This document shows positions 26,361 through 36,256 of a DNA stretch of 64,000 nucleotides, piece after piece (position 1 is the first letter of the stretch; each line of letters opens with the position of its first letter). Source of the DNA: Nitrososphaerales archaeon (GTDB lineage: Archaea; Thermoproteota; Nitrososphaeria; Nitrososphaerales; UBA213). Below the pieces are notes generated by a model. That model ran no database searches and was not told where the DNA came from. It saw only the letters and a program-made list of their open reading frames with translations. Position numbers and translations under genes: made by a program. Where the stretch lies: positions 81 through 64,080 of the forward strand of contig JBHICH010000004.1 in NCBI GenBank assembly GCA_046759465.1, given 5' to 3'.

Positions 26361-27821
26361 TTACCTTTCTGCTGTACTTGCTTTGAGCAGATAATCATTT
26401 AGTTCTGAAGCTTTGATTCGTATCTGCTGCATACCATCTCTTTCCCGAACAGTTACAGTATCATCTTCTAGCGTTTGTCTATCAATTGTTACACCAAATG
26501 GTGCTCCAATTTCATCCAACCTCCTATATCTTCTACCGATGGAACCAGATTCATCGTATATTGCATCAAAATTCTTCTTTATACTTGCGAATATCTGTAT
26601 CGCCTTCTCCACCAGACCATCTTTAGTAACTAATGGAAATATGCCAACCTGTATTGGCGCAAGATAGGGCTTTAACTTGAGTAGCAATCTATCATTCGGT
26701 TCGTCATCAACCAACGAATGTTCAAGGATACAGTAAAGACTTCTATCAATACCCATTGATAACTCGAAAACATGAGGCAATACTTTGCCATCGACATCCA
26801 AAACTTCCATATTTTCTTTGCTCACCTTCATATGGCCACCAAGATCGTAATCGGATCTATAGTTACATGCTACAAGCTCCAACCAACCAATAGTAGTTTC
26901 AACTTCAAAATCAAACGCTGCCGTAGCGTAGAATGCTTTTTCATCATCTGCAAGTCTTCTGAATCTTGAGCGCTTCATATCTATGCCAGTCTTAGAATAA
27001 AATCCGCTAAGCAATGCAAGATAGTACGCAATCAACTTGTTCGGTACAACACCCTTGCCGACTGCCTGCTCGCATGTAAATTCCCGTATGACGTTACCAT
27101 CAGAAATTCTTAGTAAAGTCTCTTTAACTTCATTAAACTTATCTAGATCATTCAATCGCCTTGGGTTGCAGAATACTTCTATCTCTGCTTGGTAAAATTC
27201 TCGCAATCTTAACAAACTCTGCCTTGGAGATATTTCATTTCTGAAACTCTTTCCCACTTGTGCTATGCCCAATGGAAGCTTGCCACGCATAATCTTGAAT
27301 ATTCTAGGAAAGTCAACAAAGATTGTCTGACACGTTTCTGGTCTAAGATATGCTTCCTCTCCACTGGGCCCAATTGATACTTTAAACATCAAGTTAAACC
27401 TGCTTACACCGCCCAGGTCGCCCTTACATTTCGCACACTTCAAACCGTGCTTAGATATCAATCCGTCAATTGCAGAATCGTTTATTCCTTCTGGTACGCT
27501 TTCACCGATCTTTTCTGCGACAAATCTGTCTGCTCTAAAGATAGAACCACACTTTTTGCACTTTACAATCGGATCATTGAAACTGTCTAGGTGACCAGAA
27601 GCAACAAAGATGTTCTTGCTCATTATCTGTGAACCATCAACTTCCAGCATTTCATCACTGCGAAGAATTTCTCTCCTCCACAATTCAACGAATTTGTTCT
27701 TGAAACTTACACCTAATGGACCGTAGTCCCAGAAACCTGCCTGCGACTCCGAATATATCTCACAACTGGGAAAGTAAAAGCCTCGCTCAAGAGCAAGTTT
27801 CATAATATCATCATAATTCAT
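26361..27821 (-). CDS. glyS: glycyl-tRNA synthetase (archaeal/eukaryal alpha2 type)
   Basis: 486 aa. RGFYFPSCEIY...GFWDYGPLG, FRNEISPR and YLRPETCQ are class II GlyRS motifs. Confidence 0.9.
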   Translation of the reverse strand: MNYDDIMKLALERGFYFPSCEIYSESQAGFWDYGPLGVSFKNKFVELWRREILRSDEMLEVDGSQIMSKNIFVASGHLDSFNDPIVKCKKCGSIFRADRFVAEKIGESVPEGINDSAIDGLISKHGLKCAKCKGDLGGVSRFNLMFKVSIGPSGEEAYLRPETCQTIFVDFPRIFKIMRGKLPLGIAQVGKSFRNEISPRQSLLRLREFYQAEIEVFCNPRRLNDLDKFNEVKETLLRISDGNVIREFTCEQAVGKGVVPNKLIAYYLALLSGFYSKTGIDMKRSRFRRLADDEKAFYATAAFDFEVETTIGWLELVACNYRSDYDLGGHMKVSKENMEVLDVDGKVLPHVFELSMGIDRSLYCILEHSLVDDEPNDRLLLKLKPYLAPIQVGIFPLVTKDGLVEKAIQIFASIKKNFDAIYDESGSIGRRYRRLDEIGAPFGVTIDRQTLEDDTVTVRERDGMQQIRIKASELNDYLLKASTAER

Positions 27822-28026
27822 GCTTAATGCAATTGCATTTTAGGCTCTTAAATTTATTTGGCACAGAACTATGTTAAGGGCAGCTAAACTTCTAGATATT
27901 ACAACAAAATTATCACCGCAATCAATATTTGGGTGCTTTGCACTATGTTGCGTTACTATTTCCATAAAAAATTGTAATAGGTAAATTTATTAATACATCG
28001 AACCGACAAACACACGCGCGAATCGA

Positions 28027-29463
28027 ATGGTAAGTTTGGATTTTGAAGAGAAGAAGAAGTTCCTCGAGTTCGTTAAGAAAGAGGCAATTGATCTACCTGA
28101 TTATGAGGTAGTTGACGTTAAGGAGCCTAAACTATACAAGGATATCTTTCCGTTCAGGGGTGCGCCTAGAGCAATCTTTGATGGCGTAGTTGTCAACACA
28201 AACATACCAGAAAAACTCTGGATTTCTGATACTACCTTTAGAGACGGGCAACAGTCAAAGGAGCCTTATTCTGTTGAGCAGATAACAAACCTGTTCAAAC
28301 TTCTACACGATCTAGGGGGCAAAAACGGCAAGGTATACTACTCAGAGTTCTTCCCATACACCAAGAAGGACAGGGAAGCCATAAAGAAGTGCATGGACTT
28401 TGGCTATGAGTTTCCAAGGGTCACTGGATGGATAAGGGCAACAAGATCCGATTTGGAATATATCAAGGAATTAAAACTGGAGGAAACAGGGATACTGGCC
28501 TCCATAAGTGACTATCACATATTTTACAAGTTCCCAGGTAAAAGTAGATCACAGATAGTGCAGAACTATCTTGATGTTACCGAAGAGGCATTGAAGAGTG
28601 GCATTACGGTTAGATTGCACATAGAGGATGTCACCAGAGCTGATATCTTTAGTGTCGTTGTTCCGCTTGTTAAGAAAGCAATGAAACTGGCAGAAAGGTA
28701 TGGTCTTCCTGTTAAGATCAGGTGCCCAGACACACTTGGTGTTGGTCTGCCTTGGCCAGAAGCCGCATTGCCAAGGGGAGTACCAAAGCTCTTCTGGCTC
28801 CTGAACAAAGCTTTGGGAGTTCCATCCGAATGGTTAGAGTTTCATGGCCAAAATGATTTTCATCTCGGAGTATCAAATGCAACTTCAGCTTGGCTTTATG
28901 GCGCATCATTGAACAACTGCACGCTGCTGGGCATTGGAGAAAGGGCTGGTAACATCCCTCTGGAGGCGATGATTTTTGTTTATTCGATGATCAAAAGTTC
29001 GTTCGACGGCATGAATACAAAAGTGATCAAGTACATAACCGAATATTACGAAAAAGAGCTGAACTACAAATTGCCTTACTACTATCCTATAGTTGGAAAG
29101 AACTTCAATGTAACAAGAGCCGGCATACATGCGGATGGCCTTTTAAAGAATTTGGAAATGTATCTGCCCTTCGATACGCAAGAGCTGCTTGACTCCCCTC
29201 CAAGAGTAATGATATCAGAGCACTCTGGGCTTGCTGGAATAGCTTTCTGGATAAACACCTTCTTCACCCTTAAGGGTAAAGAAAAGGTCAGCAAGGATGA
29301 CCCTGAACTTAAGAATATTCAAGAAGAGGTTGTGAAGCAGTACCAGGAAGGGAGGGTTACTGCAATGCTTGACGAGGAAGTTCTGGCCCTTGTCAAGAGA
29401 TACATGCCAAGCATCTGGGAGAAGTATAAGGAAAGGATTTATAGCTCAATGCTAGGAAGCTAG
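28027..29463 (+). CDS. HMGL-like acyl-CoA:2-oxoacid condensing enzyme (isopropylmalate/homocitrate/citramalate/Re-citrate synthase family), specificity unresolved
   Basis: 478 aa with ISDTTFRDGQQS (the DTTxRDGxQ motif), HIEDVTR and HGQNDFHLG (the HxH metal site). It has a ~65-aa N-terminal extension. Confidence 0.75.
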   Translation: MVSLDFEEKKKFLEFVKKEAIDLPDYEVVDVKEPKLYKDIFPFRGAPRAIFDGVVVNTNIPEKLWISDTTFRDGQQSKEPYSVEQITNLFKLLHDLGGKNGKVYYSEFFPYTKKDREAIKKCMDFGYEFPRVTGWIRATRSDLEYIKELKLEETGILASISDYHIFYKFPGKSRSQIVQNYLDVTEEALKSGITVRLHIEDVTRADIFSVVVPLVKKAMKLAERYGLPVKIRCPDTLGVGLPWPEAALPRGVPKLFWLLNKALGVPSEWLEFHGQNDFHLGVSNATSAWLYGASLNNCTLLGIGERAGNIPLEAMIFVYSMIKSSFDGMNTKVIKYITEYYEKELNYKLPYYYPIVGKNFNVTRAGIHADGLLKNLEMYLPFDTQELLDSPPRVMISEHSGLAGIAFWINTFFTLKGKEKVSKDDPELKNIQEEVVKQYQEGRVTAMLDEEVLALVKRYMPSIWEKYKERIYSSMLGS

Positions 29464-30297
29464 CTCCTTAACCTTCTTCAGGTTTCCAACATCGTCCCTT
29501 CTGTAATCAATGGGCGTTTCCAGAATCAATGGCAGCTTCTTGATCTCTTTTTGCGCCAATATGGCCTTGAATCCCTTCTCTCCAATATATCCCAGACCGA
29601 TATGATCATGCCTATCAACGTTGCAGTTTAAATCACGTTTCGAGTCGTTCAGGTGCACTACTCGTAACTCCTTCATTCCAACATTTTTATCAAATTCTGC
29701 AATAGCATCTTCAACCCTGTCCTTGCTCCTTAGATCATAACCTGCGGCAAATGCATGGCATGTGTCAAAACAGACACCAAACCTCTTCCTTGCTTTCAAT
29801 TGATCTAAAATCTGCTTTATCTGCTCAAACTTCGAGCCAACGCTGTTCTTCTGTCCAGCTGTATTTTCTAATAAAATCATAACATCGTTGCTGGCTTTTG
29901 CCGCTGCAGTGTTGCACGCATTAACCAAATTTTTTATACCCACTTCGGTTCCAGCACCCAGATGGCTGCCCAGATGAATTACCAAATATGGCACCGCTAG
30001 CGTGTTACACCTCTTGACCTCATTAACGAACGTATCTAGAGATTTTTTGTAAAGATCCTTGTTAGGGGATGAGAGGTTTGGTAGATAAGGCATGTGTGCA
30101 ACGACGGCATTAAAACCTATCTTGCTACTCTCAAGTTTGGCCTTGAAGTTCTCAACCTCTTCCTTAACCAGATTCTTGGCAGCCCACCCTCTAGGGTTCC
30201 GTGTAAATATCTGAAACGCAGTGCACTTCAGTGCCATCGCATTATCCACAGCTCTATCGATCGAACCAGATATTGACACATGCATACCAATTTGCAT
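29452..30297 (-). CDS. nfo: endonuclease IV (AP endonuclease)
   Basis: 281 aa. IGMHVS..GS, FTRNPRGW, VIHLGSH, LENTAG, CFDTCHAFAAGYD and HLNDS are Nfo motifs. Confidence 0.9.
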   Translation of the reverse strand: MQIGMHVSISGSIDRAVDNAMALKCTAFQIFTRNPRGWAAKNLVKEEVENFKAKLESSKIGFNAVVAHMPYLPNLSSPNKDLYKKSLDTFVNEVKRCNTLAVPYLVIHLGSHLGAGTEVGIKNLVNACNTAAAKASNDVMILLENTAGQKNSVGSKFEQIKQILDQLKARKRFGVCFDTCHAFAAGYDLRSKDRVEDAIAEFDKNVGMKELRVVHLNDSKRDLNCNVDRHDHIGLGYIGEKGFKAILAQKEIKKLPLILETPIDYRRDDVGNLKKVKELAS

Positions 30298-30368
30298 GTT
30301 TTACTCTTGATATGGCGGGCATTTAACTGTAGCCAAACTTTTATTGTGGTTGATGCATTCTTACATAT

Positions 30369-31412
30369 TTGAGCAAAATACAGTTCGGCAGGGGCGATCT
30401 AGCAAAGTATCCATTTCTCAGCGAAGCTGGGAATTACTTGAAAGAGCTGGATTACAGCCTAGATGAATTTGACGATCCATCAAAGAAGCGTGTTATTGAT
30501 AGAGCCGTTGAGCGTATAGGTGCTGCGCTAGACGGTCAGGTCTTCAAACAACTGGAGGATCTAGATACAGAAGTCGTTTCGTTCTTAATTGCATTGATAA
30601 TGGTAAGAGCGTTAGGAATGAGAAATGTTAGCAGAAAGTACTCACTTGGAGAGGCCCGAAGGGCAGAGATGTTTCTTGAGCAGGATCTTAAGCATGAAAA
30701 TAAGGAGCAGATCAGGAGCGCTGTTCTGAAGAGGATCTTCAATGATCTGTTTGCATTGAAAGTTGAACAGCAGGACAGCAGATTCAAGGTCAAAGTTTCT
30801 GAGTACCTAAAACGCGCAGCCTATTTTCATGACGACCACTGGAAATTGGTAAACAGAGTGGTTCATAATGGATATGTTTACCTTAAACCAGATGAAACTG
30901 TCAGGCTGATAAGAGATGAATTAACCATATTTATCTACGAAAGGATAAACAAGATGGAGATACGACAGCTTCCAGATTCTATCAAGAGCGAGGTTAAAGA
31001 GCTCAGATCTAAAGTTTCAAAGCATTCTGAATTTAGGAGATACGTGGTTACCACAAAATACCCACCATGCATACAGCATGTACTGCAGTCATTATCAAGG
31101 GGAGAGAACCCTCCGCATTCTGCTAGGTTCCTTTTGGCAACATATATGCTCTCTATTGGTAGATCCACTGACGAAGTTTCAGCATTTTTCGAGACTGCGC
31201 CTGACTACAACGAACGAGTAACTAGGTATCAGGTTGAGCATCTGGCTGGGATAAGGGGCAGTAGAACAAAGTACACATGTCCATCATGTGATAAGGCTGC
31301 AAGCCAGAACCTATGCTACAGAACAGAGGAATGCAATGGAATAATTAATCCAGTGCAATTTGGCAAGAGAAGGGTGTGGAAGGGTGAAGGAGCAAAGTCT
31401 GGGTCTACTTAA
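30369..31412 (+). CDS. priL: DNA primase large (regulatory) subunit PriL
   Basis: 347 aa with a TTG start. The C-terminal Fe-S domain has YPPCIQHVL ... CPSCD ... C ... C and lies directly upstream of priS. Confidence 0.8.
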   Translation: MSKIQFGRGDLAKYPFLSEAGNYLKELDYSLDEFDDPSKKRVIDRAVERIGAALDGQVFKQLEDLDTEVVSFLIALIMVRALGMRNVSRKYSLGEARRAEMFLEQDLKHENKEQIRSAVLKRIFNDLFALKVEQQDSRFKVKVSEYLKRAAYFHDDHWKLVNRVVHNGYVYLKPDETVRLIRDELTIFIYERINKMEIRQLPDSIKSEVKELRSKVSKHSEFRRYVVTTKYPPCIQHVLQSLSRGENPPHSARFLLATYMLSIGRSTDEVSAFFETAPDYNERVTRYQVEHLAGIRGSRTKYTCPSCDKAASQNLCYRTEECNGIINPVQFGKRRVWKGEGAKSGST

Positions 31413-32517
31413 GCAAGCGTTCAAGGAATTTTATTTTAAAAATAGTGATCATATAGAAACACCCGCAAGAATTGAAGAAAGAGAATTTGGATACATGCAG
31501 TTCAACAATGGAATGGTTAGGCATTTGAGCTTCAAAACAAAAGGTGAGCTGCATGCTCTTCTACTAAAAGAAATTCCGTCAGATGTTTACTGCTCATGTG
31601 CGTACTACTTAAACCCAACACTGCCTATGCAGGAGAAGGTCTTCAGGGGGGCAGACCTGATATTTGATATTGATGTCGATGAACTTGGTTTAGCATGCGT
31701 CAAGGAACATGACGTATGGATCTGCAGGGACTGCAGCAACGTTATACCAAAAAAGCAGAACTGTAGCAAGTGTAGCAGTACAAAAGTTGAGCAAACATTG
31801 CTGCCCTGTGACAACTGCATAAATGCTGGCAAGGCTGAAACAAAGAAGTTGATTGCGATATTGAAGGAAGACCTAGGCATACAGGAACAGGAGATCAAGA
31901 TCTACTTCTCAGGCAACCAAGGCTTTCACCTGCACATTTACTGCAAGGAACTTGAACCGCTGGACTCTCCAAGTAGGACAGACATTGCAGACTACATTAC
32001 TGGCAACAACCTGCTCCCAGAATCTTTTGGAATTAGAAAGCATGTCAAGAGTTCATACAAGGATCTCTTGACAAAGTTTCCAAGTACAAGTGATTTTGGC
32101 TGGCGTGGACGGATATCTAGTAGGTTGATGAAGGATGACAAAGCAAAGCCAAAGGTGATCAAGAGTATACTGAAGAACGGATATGATCAGTTCAAAACGG
32201 AACTGAACAATATTGCGAAAGAGGTGGGTGCAAGAATAGATCCGAAGGTGACGATGGATGTTCACCGTGTCTTTAGACTGCAGGGTACATTGAACAGCAA
32301 GAGCGGACTTGCGAAGGTGCCATGTAATGATCTTGACAGTTTCGATCCCTTTAGGGATGCTTGTGTTTTGGGTGATGAAGAAGTTAATCTCCATGTTAGG
32401 CATTCTCTAAGATTCGACTTGAAAGAAAATTCATTTGGACCATTTAAAGAAGAGGATATTAAACTGCCAATGTACGCAGCGGTTTACCTGATATGCAAGG
32501 GTTTAGCTTACGTCTGA
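31360..32517 (+). CDS. priS: DNA primase small (catalytic) subunit PriS
   Basis: 385 aa. REFGY...F..RH.SF, catalytic DLIFDIDVD, a zinc-knuckle insertion (CRDC...CSKC) and FSGNQGFHLH are present. Position 31360 is TTG; GTG at 31384 is an alternative start inside the priL overlap. Confidence 0.85.
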   Translation: MAREGCGRVKEQSLGLLKQAFKEFYFKNSDHIETPARIEEREFGYMQFNNGMVRHLSFKTKGELHALLLKEIPSDVYCSCAYYLNPTLPMQEKVFRGADLIFDIDVDELGLACVKEHDVWICRDCSNVIPKKQNCSKCSSTKVEQTLLPCDNCINAGKAETKKLIAILKEDLGIQEQEIKIYFSGNQGFHLHIYCKELEPLDSPSRTDIADYITGNNLLPESFGIRKHVKSSYKDLLTKFPSTSDFGWRGRISSRLMKDDKAKPKVIKSILKNGYDQFKTELNNIAKEVGARIDPKVTMDVHRVFRLQGTLNSKSGLAKVPCNDLDSFDPFRDACVLGDEEVNLHVRHSLRFDLKENSFGPFKEEDIKLPMYAAVYLICKGLAYV

Positions 32518-32570
32518 AGAATTTACAGAGCAAAAATATTAATTAAACACTCCTGCACATATCATCAGAT

Positions 32571-35399
32571 TTGTATAATTCCAACGAAGAGAAACCAAGG
32601 CAGGATGTAGGCAGATACATACGGCTTGGACTCTTTGCACTGATAGGCATTGTAATATTCAGCATCGTAAGCAACCAGTCGATCATCATCCTGCTGAATG
32701 TTAACGAGTTCAATGATCTTTTCGTAAAACCGCTCTACTTCTCAATAGTATCAAGTCTGATTCTTGCCTCGATTGCTCTGATAAGGGTTGATATCAGAAA
32801 GAGAGAATCTATAGTCTGGTGGGTTTTTGCAATTGCTATATCTTTTTTGAAAAGGGAAGCGTTTGAGCAAACTCAAATCGCTATCAAATATCGTGATTTT
32901 AAGTTAAGCAAAGTGAACTTCGTGGTCTGGCAGATAACGAAGGTTTTGCTTTTTGCTCCATTATTCGTCAACCTAATGTTTGGAATAGCCGCTCTATATG
33001 TGCTGGATGGCAATGAATTAGGACTTTCATCGTTAACCAACATCTTCTATCTACCATTTATCACATCTCCGGATCCGAACATAGCGAAGGAACTTGTAAT
33101 ACCGATGATCCCTTCTCTTACACTACTTATTCCTCCATTGTTGGGCGCAATTGGGATTAGGCTTGTGCTTTACGTTGGTCTGCGTAACCTAGCTCACATA
33201 GCGTCCAGTTATATTGCTGATTCAGCCGAAGGTAGACCAAGGTTCCTTTCGTACTTATCAGTACTCGAGTTGATAATAGGTGTTGGACTTTTCTGGATGT
33301 CATTCAATATGTTCTTCACAGCAAACATAGACTATAACACAAAGTACGCAATAGTTGGTTCTGCACTTCTTGGAGCTGCCTTCATTACTTGGTCACTAAT
33401 AGACAGGCGAAGGTCTAAGGTGATAATATTGCCCGTAAGAAAGAACCTGTATTTGAGGCTCTTAACTATAGTATCAATTGGTGTAGTCGTAGGTTCGATA
33501 ATGGCCGTGAATAATGCTATTGCCGATCCAAGGAAGATAGAGTGGTTAGGTCCATACACTGCACAGGAGATCGCAGTTAATCGATACTTCGCAGAGTTGG
33601 ATCAAGTAACGGAGATCAATTATGATGTCAAGTTATTTGCTACTCCTTTGAGTGACACTGGAGAATATATTGAAAAGAATAAAGACTTGCTGACAAAAAT
33701 CAGACTCTGGGACTGGAGTGCAGGATTTGCAAAGCTAAAGCCAGAAATTGGATTGATACCCTTCGTTGACTTTGAAGACTCGAACATAATACGATTTAAC
33801 GATACACTCTACTGGAGCGCGGCAATGAAACCAATTCTTCCAACAAGTGTAACTGCAGAGAATAGATGGTATGCCCAGCACCTTGTTTACACGCATGTGC
33901 CAAACGGATTCTTGATGCTTAATGCCCATACTGGCAGTATAGTTAACAGCGACAAATTCTTTGAGCAGAGGAGAATCTACTATGGTGAGGGTGGATTGCT
34001 TGATGAAGTTTGGTCTGCCTTCCCAGCTAACAGGGAAGTCAGCGACGAACTTGGTGGATACTTCTATGAAGGAAATGGAGGCATTACTGCATCGCCACCA
34101 GCAACCTGGATTTTCGAGCCAAACTTCCTACTTTCCTATCCGGATAAGCCTATACACATCATCAGGTACAGGGATATACACGAAAGGATGGAGTTGTTGT
34201 ATCCATATTTTGAATATCACTTTGGAAACCAAAGGGTCGATGTCTTGCCAGTAACAGACGGCAAAAAAACATACTGGCTGATGCCATTGATCGTGCGATT
34301 CGACACATCTCACGTTCCATGGAGTGATAATAATCCCATGTACAGGCTTGTTGCTTATGCTCTTGTCGACGCATACGATGGAAATTCAATACTGTTATTG
34401 AAGGGAGATGATTTCTTCGCTAAAATTTTTACGGATGAATACAAGGAGTATCTAACAAGCGATATCCCAATTTGGTTACAGAACCAAATAAGGTATCCAC
34501 AGCAATTGTTCTTGTGGAAAGTAAGCATGTATAACTTCTACCATATTACCGACCCTTCGACATTCATAGTTGCAAAGGAATTCTTTGAGATACCGGCGCA
34601 ACTCGAAACCTACTTCATATTCGCACAGCCTCCTGGTTTTGAAAAGCCGGAGTATGTTGGCCTGCTATCGCTAGAGTTGAGGGGAGCAGCTGGCAGAAAC
34701 CTCGCTGGGTACATGGTTGTTCGGAACGATTATCCTAATGATGGTGCACTGACATTCTACGAAGTCCCACTGGACTCGGAAACTAAATTACTGGGTCCGA
34801 GCGCTGTCAGAGAAGCACTTGAGAGGGATCCAGAATTTGCACAGCTGAGGACGCTGCTAAGGAATCCTAGGGTAGGAGACAACATAATATACAGGATCGG
34901 AGAGCAAGATGTGTACTTTCTTCCTGTTTACACTTCTGGTGCTGGAGGTGTGGTTACCCAAATGGGCACAATAGCCGCAGTTGGAGCGGCGTTTACCGGT
35001 GAATACTATGTTGGTCTAGGTGAGACAATTGAAGATGCTTTCAGTGCCTATCTGGCAAAGCTGGCAGGTGAGAGTGCGCCAGTAACACCTGCAGTGCTGG
35101 ATCGTTCCACAAGGATAAGCAATATGATAGACATTTTCGAGGAGAAAGGAATTACTATTGCAAAACCAACCACAATATCAGTTCCACTATCATTCCTTGA
35201 AGGTGAAGCGGTGTACGATCAGGAGAGCGATTTTGCAAGTGTGGAGAAAGTTGTTGGAGACTTCATTGACAAGTGGGTAAGCCCTGACACAAAGCGAGTA
35301 TTGATGTGGGAAGAGGGCGAGAAGGTTAACTTTGGTCTTGCCACAATATTTGAGGGGATAAGCGAAGTGCACTACATAACCGTTGAGGTAGCCACCTAG
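32571..35399 (+). CDS. UPF0182-family large polytopic membrane protein
   Basis: 942 aa with a TTG start. About 7 N-terminal TM helices precede a large soluble region. RYPQQLFLWKVSMYNFYHITDPSTF and GPSAV...VYFLPVYT resemble conserved UPF0182 blocks. This assignment is from memory. Confidence 0.7.
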   Translation: MYNSNEEKPRQDVGRYIRLGLFALIGIVIFSIVSNQSIIILLNVNEFNDLFVKPLYFSIVSSLILASIALIRVDIRKRESIVWWVFAIAISFLKREAFEQTQIAIKYRDFKLSKVNFVVWQITKVLLFAPLFVNLMFGIAALYVLDGNELGLSSLTNIFYLPFITSPDPNIAKELVIPMIPSLTLLIPPLLGAIGIRLVLYVGLRNLAHIASSYIADSAEGRPRFLSYLSVLELIIGVGLFWMSFNMFFTANIDYNTKYAIVGSALLGAAFITWSLIDRRRSKVIILPVRKNLYLRLLTIVSIGVVVGSIMAVNNAIADPRKIEWLGPYTAQEIAVNRYFAELDQVTEINYDVKLFATPLSDTGEYIEKNKDLLTKIRLWDWSAGFAKLKPEIGLIPFVDFEDSNIIRFNDTLYWSAAMKPILPTSVTAENRWYAQHLVYTHVPNGFLMLNAHTGSIVNSDKFFEQRRIYYGEGGLLDEVWSAFPANREVSDELGGYFYEGNGGITASPPATWIFEPNFLLSYPDKPIHIIRYRDIHERMELLYPYFEYHFGNQRVDVLPVTDGKKTYWLMPLIVRFDTSHVPWSDNNPMYRLVAYALVDAYDGNSILLLKGDDFFAKIFTDEYKEYLTSDIPIWLQNQIRYPQQLFLWKVSMYNFYHITDPSTFIVAKEFFEIPAQLETYFIFAQPPGFEKPEYVGLLSLELRGAAGRNLAGYMVVRNDYPNDGALTFYEVPLDSETKLLGPSAVREALERDPEFAQLRTLLRNPRVGDNIIYRIGEQDVYFLPVYTSGAGGVVTQMGTIAAVGAAFTGEYYVGLGETIEDAFSAYLAKLAGESAPVTPAVLDRSTRISNMIDIFEEKGITIAKPTTISVPLSFLEGEAVYDQESDFASVEKVVGDFIDKWVSPDTKRVLMWEEGEKVNFGLATIFEGISEVHYITVEVAT

Positions 35400-35954
35400 A
35401 TGCTTTTACTTGTTGACAATTTCTCTTCATACTTTAATGACATAATAGAATGCCTGACAAGGATCAATTCACAGTACACGATAAAGAAGTACAATGATTT
35501 AGATGGTTACGATATCAATAACTACGATGGAATAATTTTATCAGGACGTACAAACAACATAAAATCCATGAATGTCACAAATGTGCGATTGATAAATTCT
35601 GCATATAATGATGATAAACCACTGTTCGGCATTTGTTATGGTGCAGAGATCACTGCTCTTGCGTTTAATGGTTCGCTCCAGCGGCTGAACGACAGAATAA
35701 TTGGTGATAATAATATCAGTGTTAATAAGGAGAATCCATTAACCAGCAAAAAGATGCTTGACGTTTTTGAAAGTCATGGTTATTACATTTCACGTTTGCC
35801 AGAGAGCTTTACAGGAATTGCGGATTCTAGTACATGCAAGTATGAGATCATTGTACATAAAAGAAAACAGATCTTTGGCACACAATTCCATCCAGAAGTA
35901 AGCAAGGACGGACTTGAAATCCTGAGCAATTTTGTGCAGTTAACGAGGCATTAG
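35400..35954 (+). CDS. class I glutamine amidotransferase, stand-alone
   Basis: 184 aa. MLLLVDNFSSY (PabA/TrpG-like start), nucleophile elbow LFGICYGAE and FGTQFHPEVS (His-Glu of the triad). The ATG directly follows the UPF0182 stop codon. Confidence 0.75.
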   Translation: MLLLVDNFSSYFNDIIECLTRINSQYTIKKYNDLDGYDINNYDGIILSGRTNNIKSMNVTNVRLINSAYNDDKPLFGICYGAEITALAFNGSLQRLNDRIIGDNNISVNKENPLTSKKMLDVFESHGYYISRLPESFTGIADSSTCKYEIIVHKRKQIFGTQFHPEVSKDGLEILSNFVQLTRH

Positions 35955-36055
35955 TATTTGAGATAATTAATAGCGAACAAGATATTAGTCATGAGTTCAA
36001 GAAAAGGCACAGATAGATTTTTATGACAAATTGATGCTACTTAAATCCGATCAAA

Positions 36056-36214
36056 TTGGGCGAGTTAGAAGATAAGATCCAAAGATTGGAAGAGGAAATA
36101 GAAATTCTTAAGAAGGAATTAGAGGTAGTGAAGAGAGCATTAAGAAATGAGATAGCGCGGTACGAAATATCACAGGTAAAGGTTGGCAGAGAAGTGCGAT
36201 CCATAGTAGAATAA
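36056..36214 (+). CDS. 52-aa coiled-coil mini-ORF, hypothetical
   Basis: Own translation from TTG: LGELEDKIQRLEEEIEILKKELEVVKRALRNEIARYEISQVKVGREVRSIVE. It has heptad-like periodicity, but the TTG start and lack of homology make it weak. Confidence 0.2.
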   Translation: MGELEDKIQRLEEEIEILKKELEVVKRALRNEIARYEISQVKVGREVRSIVE

Positions 36215-36256
36215 GCTCTTCATTCTTTCCAATTGATGTAAAACAATTATTTTGTA

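Noticed and set aside
31360-31412. 53-nt priL/priS overlap as a programmed frameshift or fusion
   Set aside because: The position-31360 start is only TTG. A GTG at 31384 shortens the overlap, and overlapping primase subunit genes are adequately explained by translational coupling.
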